64,000 nt of DNA, taken from NCBI GenBank assembly GCA_045810485.1, contig JBJMVU010000090.1:11293-75292 (forward strand). Reading direction: 5' to 3'. Below the pieces are notes generated by a model, which made no database searches, was not told the origin of the DNA, and worked only from the letters and a program-made list of their open reading frames with translations. Origin of the DNA: Massilia sp. (GTDB lineage: Bacteria; Pseudomonadota; Gammaproteobacteria; Burkholderiales; Burkholderiaceae_D). Below are positions 1 to 8,500 of this stretch, piece by piece (the first letter of the stretch is position 1; every line of letters begins with the position of its first letter). The position numbers and the translations under genes are program-made.

Positions 1-974
1 ACCAGGCGCTGGACGCGGGCAAGGCGTACGGATCGCACATGCGCGTGTTCGCGAGCCCGTGGAGCGCGCCCGCGTGGATGAAGTCGAACGGTTCCATGCT
101 GGGCGGCGGCAGCCTGCTGCCCGGGTACGCCGCCACGTGGGCGCAGTACATCGTCAAATTCGTGCAGGCGTACGAGAACGAGGGCATCCCGTTGTGGGGC
201 CTGTCGGTACAGAACGAGCCGATGGCGAAGCAGACCTGGGAGTCGATGATCTTTTCGGCCGAGGACGAGACGCGCTTCCTCGCCGACCACCTGGGCCCCG
301 CGCTGCATGCGGCCGGCCTGGGCGACACGAAGATCATCGTCTGGGACCACAACCGCGACCTGTTGCCGCAGCGCGCCGCGCATGTCCTGGACGATCCGAA
401 GGCGCGGCCGTACGTGTGGGGCGTCGGCTACCACTGGTACGAGACCTGGGCCAAGGGCGAGCCGATGCACCGCAACCTGGCCGCCGTCCACGAAGGCTGG
501 CCGGACGTGAATTTCCTGCTCACCGAATCGTCGATCGAGAAGTTCGACCCGGCCCAGGTGCAGAGCTGGGCGAACGGCGAACGCTATGGCGACGAGATGA
601 TCGCCGACCTGGCCGCGGGGTCCGTCGGCTGGGTCGACTGGAACATGCTGCTCGACAGCCGAGGCGGCCCGAACCACGTCGGCAACTACTGCTTCGCGCT
701 GCTGCACGCCAGCGACGACGGCCAGCTCGTGTTCACGCCCAGCTATGCCTACATGGGGCACCTCTCTCGCTGGATCCGGCCCGGCGGGCGCCGCGTCGGC
801 GCCGCCGCCAGCCGCAGCACCTTGCAGACGGTCGCGTTCCGCAACGGCGACGGCCGGCTCGCGGTGGTCGTCATGAACAAGACCGACCAGCCGCAGCGCT
901 ACCGCCTCGTCGTCGACCGCATGGAAACGGCGGTCGACATTCCGGCGCACGCGATCCAGACCGTCGTGCGCTGA
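1..974 (+). CDS. Glycoside hydrolase family 30 (glucosylceramidase / endo-beta-1,6-glucanase-like), 5' end cut by window edge
   Basis: The frame of ORF 39..974 stays open back to nt 3. The translation shows GH30 hallmarks (FASPWSAPAWMK, LWGLSVQNEP, LLTESS) and a C-terminal beta-sandwich-like tail. Confidence 0.85.
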   Translation, partial: QALDAGKAYGSHMRVFASPWSAPAWMKSNGSMLGGGSLLPGYAATWAQYIVKFVQAYENEGIPLWGLSVQNEPMAKQTWESMIFSAEDETRFLADHLGPALHAAGLGDTKIIVWDHNRDLLPQRAAHVLDDPKARPYVWGVGYHWYETWAKGEPMHRNLAAVHEGWPDVNFLLTESSIEKFDPAQVQSWANGERYGDEMIADLAAGSVGWVDWNMLLDSRGGPNHVGNYCFALLHASDDGQLVFTPSYAYMGHLSRWIRPGGRRVGAAASRSTLQTVAFRNGDGRLAVVVMNKTDQPQRYRLVVDRMETAVDIPAHAIQTVVR

Positions 975-1053
975 ACGTCCACATCGGAAGAAAGGAGGTT
1001 GACCGGACCTGCCCGCAGTGTGATTGCTCGACCATGACAACAAGGAGACCCAA

Positions 1054-3141
1054 TTGAATCGCAACCTCGTTCCAACAACGCGCCGGACGGCGGCCCTGCT
1101 GGCGCTCGCCGGCGGCCTGCTCGCCGGCCAGGCGCAGGCGCAGACGGCCTTGCCCGGCACGGTCCAGGCGGAGACGTATTCCAGCATGTCCGGCGTCGTC
1201 ATCGAACCGACGGCGGACACCGGCGGCGGCAGCGACGTCGGCTACATCGACACCGGCGACTGGATGGCGTATGCCGTCAACCCGTCGTCGTCCGGCTGGT
1301 ACACGGTGTCGTACCGCATCGCGACGACGGGTACGACCGGCCAGGTCGTGCTTAGCCAGAACGGCCAGGACATCGGGCCGACGATCGCGCTGCCGAACAC
1401 GGGCGGCTGGCAGAACTGGCAGACCGTCACCACGCGCGTGTTCCTGGCGGCCGGGCCACAGTCGGTCGCCGTCTACGCCAAGGGCGGCGGCTTCAACCTG
1501 AACTGGGTCGGCTTCGCGAAGGAGGCTACCGGGTCTCTGCCCATGGTGCACCAGAGCGGCAAGTACTGGGTCGACGCGAACGGCAAGCGCCTGAACCTGC
1601 GCGGCACGAACCTGGGCAACTGGCTGGCGATGGAATTCTGGATGCTGGGGTCCTCGATCAGCACGTCGAACGGCGCCGTGCCGGACCAGTGCACGCTGGA
1701 GAATACGTTATCGGCCCGCTTCGGCGCCACGGAAAAGGAGCGACTGATGGGCGTGTGGCGCGACAACTGGATCACCACGCGCGACTTCGACCAGATGGCG
1801 GCGGTGGGCATGAACGTGGTGCGCGTGCCGTTCCTGTACAACGTCGTCGAGAACGACGCCGTGCCGTACTCGCTGCGCGCGGACGCCTGGAAATACCTGG
1901 ACTTCGCCATCAACGAGGCGGAAAAGCGCGGCATGTACGTGATCCTCGACCTGCACGGCGCCGTCGGCGGCCAGGCGGCGGCGAGCGAACAGCACGACGG
2001 CTGCGTCGGGCCGGCGGCCATGTGGACCAATTCCACCTACCAGGACCGCACCAAATGGCTGTGGGACATGATCGCCTCGCGCTACAAGGACCGCGGCGCG
2101 GTGCTGGCCTACGACCTGCTGAACGAACCCTGGGGCACCGACGCCGCCACGCTCGCGAATTTCGCGTACCAGCTGGCCGCCGTCGTGCGCAACAAGGATC
2201 CGAACCACGTGATCCTGCTGCCTGGCCATAACAGCGGCATCGACGCGTACGGCAATCCGGCCTCGCACGGCCTGTCCAACGCCGCGTTCTGGATGCATTT
2301 CTATCCCGGCCTGTGGGGCTGGAACGAGGTGTCGGGCGCCACGGCGCAGGCCGACATGTACCAGAACTGGCTGCACTGCGCGACCGGCGACTCGCGCGAA
2401 GTCTGCCCGTGGGACGCGAAGCTGACGGCGCTGAACACGCCGTTCCTCGTCGGCGAGTTCCAGCCGTGGACGCTGGTGGGCGGCTACGGCGGGCAGAACA
2501 CGCGCAAGGCCTTCGACGTGTTCAACTCGCTGGGCTGGGCCGGCACGAGCTGGGCGTACAAGAACACGTCGCCCGGCGGCTCGAACGGCGCGACGTCGGG
2601 CTGGGGCTGGGGCCTCGTCACCAACAGCGCGGGCGGCGGCGCCTACGGCGGCCTGAACGTCAGCACGGCCAGCAATACCCAGGTCGAGGCCTACTTCAAG
2701 GCTTTCGGTACGCAACCGCTCGTGCGCAACGCCGACATCACGTACTGGATGAACTGGCAGCCGACCGTCGGCCAGCGCATCGAGGCGGAGATGTTCCAGT
2801 ACCACGCCGGCATGCAGGTCGAGACGACGACGGACACGGGCGGCGGCTTCAACGTCGGCCACACGGACAACAACGACTGGATGAGCTATCCGGTCAACGT
2901 CCCGACGTCCGGCGCGTACACGGTGCAGTTCCGCGTTGCCTCGGCCAACGCCGGCGGCCAGTTCGCGCTGAAGAAGGACGCGACGGAGCTGGCGGTCGTC
3001 ACGGCGCCCAACACGGGCGGCTGGCAAAACTGGACCACGGTCAGCGCGACCGTGAACCTGACGGCGGGCCAGCAGAACCTGACGATCTTCTCGAAGGTCG
3101 GCGGGTGGAACATGAACTGGTGGCAGCTCACCAAGCAGTAA
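1054..3141 (+). CDS. Secreted CBM6-GH5-CBM6 beta-glucanase/exo-beta-1,3-glucosidase-like enzyme
   Basis: ORF 1024..3141. A TTG at 1054 lies 6 nt after AAGGAGA and gives a signal peptide (TTRRTAALLALAGGLLAGQAQA). CBM6-like modules occur at both ends (VQAETYSSMSGV...DTGDWMAY and IEAEMFQYHAGM...DNNDWMSY). The central GH5 fold carries YDLLNEPWG. Confidence 0.85.
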   Translation: MNRNLVPTTRRTAALLALAGGLLAGQAQAQTALPGTVQAETYSSMSGVVIEPTADTGGGSDVGYIDTGDWMAYAVNPSSSGWYTVSYRIATTGTTGQVVLSQNGQDIGPTIALPNTGGWQNWQTVTTRVFLAAGPQSVAVYAKGGGFNLNWVGFAKEATGSLPMVHQSGKYWVDANGKRLNLRGTNLGNWLAMEFWMLGSSISTSNGAVPDQCTLENTLSARFGATEKERLMGVWRDNWITTRDFDQMAAVGMNVVRVPFLYNVVENDAVPYSLRADAWKYLDFAINEAEKRGMYVILDLHGAVGGQAAASEQHDGCVGPAAMWTNSTYQDRTKWLWDMIASRYKDRGAVLAYDLLNEPWGTDAATLANFAYQLAAVVRNKDPNHVILLPGHNSGIDAYGNPASHGLSNAAFWMHFYPGLWGWNEVSGATAQADMYQNWLHCATGDSREVCPWDAKLTALNTPFLVGEFQPWTLVGGYGGQNTRKAFDVFNSLGWAGTSWAYKNTSPGGSNGATSGWGWGLVTNSAGGGAYGGLNVSTASNTQVEAYFKAFGTQPLVRNADITYWMNWQPTVGQRIEAEMFQYHAGMQVETTTDTGGGFNVGHTDNNDWMSYPVNVPTSGAYTVQFRVASANAGGQFALKKDATELAVVTAPNTGGWQNWTTVSATVNLTAGQQNLTIFSKVGGWNMNWWQLTKQ

Positions 3142-3211
3142 TGCGCGGGATGTTGTTTGCCTGTAACAAAAAGTAGTTCCAACGGGAAATAACGCGTGAC
3201 GCGATGCTAAG

Positions 3212-4825
3212 ATGAGCCCTTGCTCATCCGCGACCATGCAGATCTTTAACTTCTTCCTGTTGGCAGGCGCCGTGACGGCGCTGCTCCTGGCGTCCGTCGC
3301 CTGGAGACGCCGTCACGCGCCCGGTGCGCCGGCGTTGCTGGCGATGCAGCTCAGCGCGGCATGGTGGCTGGCCTGCTACGCGCTGCCGTTCGCGCGCCTG
3401 TGGCCGGACGACGGGATGTTCCTGCGGACGCGCGTCATTTTCCCGGCGGTCGTCATGATCGCGCCGATCACGCTGGTGTTCGTGCTGAGCTATACGCGCG
3501 GCACGAACAAATGGCCCCTGGCGCGGCTCCTGGCGCTGGGCGCGATGCCCGCCGCCGTGCTCGCGGTCGCGCTGTCGCCGCTGCATGACCTGTGCTTCGG
3601 CACCTGGCGCGGCGTGGCGACGGACAATATTTTCCAGATGGGCCCGCTGTTCTGGGCCCATGCCTTGTACAGCTATGCGCTGGTCGGCGCAGCGGTGCTC
3701 TCGCTGATGGCCGCATACGAGCACGGCACGACGCAGGTACGGCGCCAGACGCGCGTCCTGCTGGGTGCACTGCTCGTCCCGCTGGTCTGCAACGCGAGTT
3801 TCATCACGGGCGTGTCGCCGCCGGACATCGACCCGACGCCGCTCGGGCTGGTCGCGAGCGGCATCCTGGTGTCGCTGGCGATGTTCCGCCGCGGCCTGTT
3901 CGATCTCGTCGCCGTGGCGCGTGAAAAGATCGGCGCGGCGATCACCGACGGTGTCATCGTGATCGATGCGCGGCGGCGTATCGTCGAAAGCAATGCGGCG
4001 ATCCGGAAGATTTTTGAAATCGGCCAGCCGATCAGGCCGGGAGCTTTGCTCGGCGCTCAACTGGCCGAGCTCGATGAACGCGTCGGCTGCATCGGCACGA
4101 CCCCGACGACGACCGAATTCGTCCATGGCGCCGCACAGCATCTCGAACTGCGCACGTTTGCCATCCGCGATGACGACGACAACGTGCTCGGCTACGTCCT
4201 GATCGTGCGCGACGTGACCGTCACCCGAAAAACGTCGCTTGCCCTCGAGCAGGCGAACGAGCAACTCCGGGTGCAGCTGGACACCATCCGGTCCATGCAG
4301 GCGCAACTGCAGGAACAGGTCATCCGCGATCCGCTGACGGGGCTGTACAACCGTCTCTACCTGGCGGACGCGCTGGCGCGGGAATTGACGTGCAGCGCCA
4401 GGAGCCAGGGCGCCTTTGCCGTCGTCATGATCGACGTCGACCACTTCAAGTCGGTCAACGACGTCCATGGCCACGCTGTCGGCGACGCGATCCTGCGGGC
4501 GCTCGGCGGGCTGCTCCGGCAACAGGTCAGGCCGACGGATTCCCCATGCCGTTATGGCGGCGAAGAATTCGTCATCATCATGCGCGACGTGACGCTCGAC
4601 CTGGCCGCCGAACGCATCGACGAATTGCGGATCGCCTTTTCGGCCCTGCGTTTCGCGTCCAATGGCCTCGATATCAGCCGGACGTTCTCGGCGGGCGTCG
4701 CGCTGTTTCCATTGCACGGCCATGACGACACCGCGCTGCTGGCCGCGGCCGACGCGGCGCTGTATGTAGCCAAGGCCAGCGGCAGGAACCAGGTGTGCCG
4801 GGCAGGCGCGCACGTGGAAATCTGA
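3212..4825 (+). CDS. Membrane diguanylate cyclase (multi-TM N-terminus, PAS, GGDEF with GGEEF motif)
   Basis: ORF 3212..4825 (start may be the ATG at 3236, MQIFNFF). The N-terminal half is hydrophobic, followed by a PAS-like ITDGVIVIDARRRIVESN and a GGDEF domain with RYGGEEFVIIM. Confidence 0.85.
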   Translation: MSPCSSATMQIFNFFLLAGAVTALLLASVAWRRRHAPGAPALLAMQLSAAWWLACYALPFARLWPDDGMFLRTRVIFPAVVMIAPITLVFVLSYTRGTNKWPLARLLALGAMPAAVLAVALSPLHDLCFGTWRGVATDNIFQMGPLFWAHALYSYALVGAAVLSLMAAYEHGTTQVRRQTRVLLGALLVPLVCNASFITGVSPPDIDPTPLGLVASGILVSLAMFRRGLFDLVAVAREKIGAAITDGVIVIDARRRIVESNAAIRKIFEIGQPIRPGALLGAQLAELDERVGCIGTTPTTTEFVHGAAQHLELRTFAIRDDDDNVLGYVLIVRDVTVTRKTSLALEQANEQLRVQLDTIRSMQAQLQEQVIRDPLTGLYNRLYLADALARELTCSARSQGAFAVVMIDVDHFKSVNDVHGHAVGDAILRALGGLLRQQVRPTDSPCRYGGEEFVIIMRDVTLDLAAERIDELRIAFSALRFASNGLDISRTFSAGVALFPLHGHDDTALLAAADAALYVAKASGRNQVCRAGAHVEI

Positions 4826-4929
4826 TCGCGTCGTCCCTCACGCCTTGGCCAGGAAACTGTCCCGACCGGCACGCCCAGCCGCGCGGCCTGCGTAACTATG
4901 TTTGTTGCTGATCCAGGGTAGATATGTGA

Positions 4930-4963
4930 AATGCCCCGGAAGCCGAACACCGGCTTCCGGGGC
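4930..4963. terminator. Bidirectional stem-loop terminator between convergent genes
   Basis: ATGCCCCGGAAGCCG-aacac-CGGCTTCCGGGGCAT forms a perfect 15-bp stem between the DGC stop (4825) and the PEP-CTERM gene stop (4986). Confidence 0.7.
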
Positions 4964-4985
4964 ATCGTCACGACATCACGACCCG

Positions 4986-5564
4986 TCAGGACCTGCGTGC
5001 TTCACGCCCGCGCCAGAGCTGCATCGCCAGCAGCGCAACCAGCACCAGCGCCGCCGTCGACGGCTCCGGGATGGTCGTCACGCTGCTTACCCGGGTCGAG
5101 GGCGCCGCCACGAGCACCTGGTCGCCGCCGTCCGCGAAGGGCTGCAGGAACAGGTTGCCCAGGTCGCCGTCCGCGCCGAGGTAGTGCGTCGCGTCGAACA
5201 GCGCCCAGCCGAACGTCGTGCCGATGTCGCCCGGGGCCATCGTGAAGCTGACGTCGAAGCTGAACGCGCCGCCCAGCTGGATGGGCAGGACCAGGTCGAC
5301 GCCGCCGCCGGCGTTGCTGAACACCAGGGGACCGGATGGGCTGCCGGCCACCGCGCCGGTCAGGTGGTCCACCGTGGCGGTCGCCGTCGGCGCGCCGTCC
5401 AGGGCCAGGAAATACAGGTCCAGGAAGGCGGGGCCCGAACCCAGCGACGCGGTGTCGATGTCGACCCGGTAGAGGGGCGTGGCGGCCGCCTGCCCGCAGG
5501 CGCCGGTCATGGCTGCGGCGAATGCCAGCCAGGAGAGAAAGTGCTTGAAGTGGAACATCGTCAT
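4986..5564 (-). CDS. PEP-CTERM sorting-domain protein
   Basis: It has a signal peptide (FLSWLAFAAAMTGACGQAAA) and a C-terminal IPEPSTAALVLVALLAMQLWRGREARRS (PEP motif, TM helix, basic tail). Confidence 0.8.
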   Translation of the reverse strand: MTMFHFKHFLSWLAFAAAMTGACGQAAATPLYRVDIDTASLGSGPAFLDLYFLALDGAPTATATVDHLTGAVAGSPSGPLVFSNAGGGVDLVLPIQLGGAFSFDVSFTMAPGDIGTTFGWALFDATHYLGADGDLGNLFLQPFADGGDQVLVAAPSTRVSSVTTIPEPSTAALVLVALLAMQLWRGREARRS

Positions 5565-5569
5565 GTCCT

Positions 5570-8500
5570 TTACTGGATGCTGAAGAGCAGCGGCGTATAG
5601 CTGATGCCCGCCTTGGATGGGTTGGAGAACGTGGTGGTCAGCTTGACGCTCTGGCCCGGCGCCAGGGCGCTGGGCAACGCGATATACGGCACGCCGTCCT
5701 TCACGCCAGTCTGGTTGTCCAGCGTGACGCCGGCGGTGAGTCCCTGCAGGCGCAGATGGAGCGGGGCGGCGAGGGTCTGGCCGCTGGCGTTCGTGACGGT
5801 CACGGTACCGGTGTACTTGCTGGTGAAACGGTCAACCGTCAGACCCGAGCGCGCGATCGTCGCCGAGGCCGTGACATCGACCGATTTGTCGATCGTCACC
5901 GTCACCGTGCGCGGTGCTTCGTTGTTGCCCGCCCAGTCCGTGCTCCAGTAGCTCACCGTGTGCGTGCCGCTGGTATTCAGCGTGACCGCATTGCCTTTCT
6001 GCTGGGCGCCGCCGTCGACCTTGTAATACGTCGCCGAGACACCCGAGCCGCCCTGGTTGTCCGTGGCCGCGAAGGTGATCGTGGCGTCCGTCGTCACCGT
6101 GCCTTGCGGCGCGGTGGCCGTGGTGACAGGCGCGGTCACGTCCGCGCCGTGCACCGTACCGTGCAGGCGCATCTCATTGATGGAGCCGAACCACGCGTTC
6201 GGGTTGTACACGCGGATGTAGCGGTAAGGCACCATGCTGTTGACCGGCAGCGTCTGCCAATCCGCGGTCGACTTCGCCGCCGGCGTCAGCGTGGTCCAGG
6301 TGGCATTGTCGTTCGAGCCCTGGAATACGAGCCCGTTGATGCGCGTGAAGTACTGGTCCTGGCGGCCGATGACTTCCGTGCCGGTCAGGCTGACCTGATT
6401 GCCGTCCTTGAAGTCGAAGACCACCCAGGCGCCGGTGCCCGAGCCGCCGGAGCCATTACGGAAGTCCGAACCCGTGCCCAGGTTCGCGTCGAACAGCGCG
6501 TTCACGTTCGCCAGCGTCGTGGCGGCGTTGCGGTTCGTGGTCGAATCGATCAGCGTCGCGATCGTCGGCACGTTCTGGATGGCGTCGCTTTCGTCGACCA
6601 GGGTCAGCGCGGTGCTGTCCGTCGTCTCGGTGACCTGGTAGCCCGGCTTGCCGTCCTGTGTGACGTAGTTGATGGCGAACTTCACCGGGCCCTGCTGCGT
6701 GCCCTGGGGGACGGTCGCGGTGGCGACATAGGTGATGTTGTCCGTCGTGCTGAGCGTGGCGGCCAGGCCGGCGATCATCGCCGTCACGTTGCTGATCGCT
6801 TCCTTGGCCGTGAAGGTCAGTTTCACGGTATTGCCGGGAACGACCCGGTTACGCAGCGCCTGCGCCGAGCTCAGGGACGCCGTGGCGATCTTGTTGGTCG
6901 ACGCCGCGGCGCCATACAGGCGCAGTTCCGTCATGTTGCCGAACCAGGCGTTGCCGTTGGTCATGCGGATGTAGCGGTACGGCGTCGTGTCGGCGATCTT
7001 CAGCGTCTGCCACTCCGGGGTATTCCCGGCGAAGGTCGAGATGTTGGTCCACGTCGCATTGTCATTGGAACCCTGGACAACTGTGCCGTTGATTCGGCCC
7101 GAGTACTGGTTCTGGAGGCCGACGACTTCGACGCGCGACAGCGCCACGGTGCCGCCGCCGCGGAAATCGAACTCGACCCAGCCATTGTTGCCGCTGCCGT
7201 TGAGGCGGAAATCGGTCGCCGACGTCAGGTTGCTGTCGAACAGCCGGTTGACGTTCGTGACCACATCGGTCGCGTTGCGGCCATTGGAATCCGTCACGGT
7301 CGCGATGTCGAGCAGGTTGCCGATGTAATCCTTCTGGTCGGCGATGAACACGGTCGACGAATCGGTCGGGAACAGGACGGGTTCGGCGGCGGCGCCGTCG
7401 GCGGTCTTGTAGTTGACGAGGAATTTCACCGGTCCCGGCGCCGTCGTGGCCTTGATGACCGTCGTCGCCGTCCAGTTCAGGTTATCCGTGGTGGTGAGGG
7501 TGGCCGGCTCGCCCTGGATCGTCGCGCTCACGTTGTTGATCGGCTCGGACGACTGGAACGACACCTTGACCGTATTGCCGGGCACGACCCGGTTCTTCAG
7601 CGCCTGGTCGGAACCCAGCGACACGCTGGTCAGCTTGTTGACCGTTTCATAGCGGGTGCCGAAGATCCGGAATTCGCCGAGCTCGAGGATGTTGTACGAC
7701 CACAGCAGATCGATCATGGAGATCTTGAAGAAGCGATAGCGCTGGTTGCGCAGGTTGTCCTGCACGTTCAGCGTCTGCACGTCCTCGATCCCGCGCGTCT
7801 CGTCGGGCGTGATCCGCGTCCAGTTCTCGTTGTCGTTGGAACCGAAGATGGTCACGCCGCCGACGCGTTCCGGGAAGCTCGTGCGCGGCTGGATCTGGAA
7901 CGCCGTCGCCGCGACCTTGAAGCTGGGACCGAAGTCCAGCGTCATCGTGCGGTTGCTGTCCAGCGCGATCGTGAACGCGATGAAGCTGTCGGTGTTGTTA
8001 TCGACGCCGTTCGCCGCCATGCTGCCGAAATTCGTCGCCAGGTTCGTCTTGAAGAGCAGGTTCGTGTAGTCCATGCTGCCGTCCTTCAGCAGCGGGGTCA
8101 GTTCACGCAGGCCGGAGACCGCGGTCTGCAACGTCGCCAGCTTCTGGAAGTAGGCGGTGTCCGTGCCGGACCCGATCGCGGCCTGCAGGTCCGCATAGGC
8201 GCTGTCGTAGACGGCCTTCGTGGCCGTGACGTACAGCGTGTCCGACTTGACGGGCGCCGTCACCGCCGTCACCACCGCCTGCCGGTCCGCGCCCACGACG
8301 ACGGTGACGCGCTTGGTGGTCACCGTGGTCCCGTCCGACGCCTCGACCACCAGGGCGTACGTGCCGGCCTGCGTGGGCTTCCACGAGAATGCGCCGGTGC
8401 TGGTGTCGAACGACGCGCCCTGCGGCAGGTTGTCGATGTTGTAGGTCACCGTATCGCCTGCGGCCGGGTCGGTGGCCGAGAGATCGAACGTCGTCGCGAT

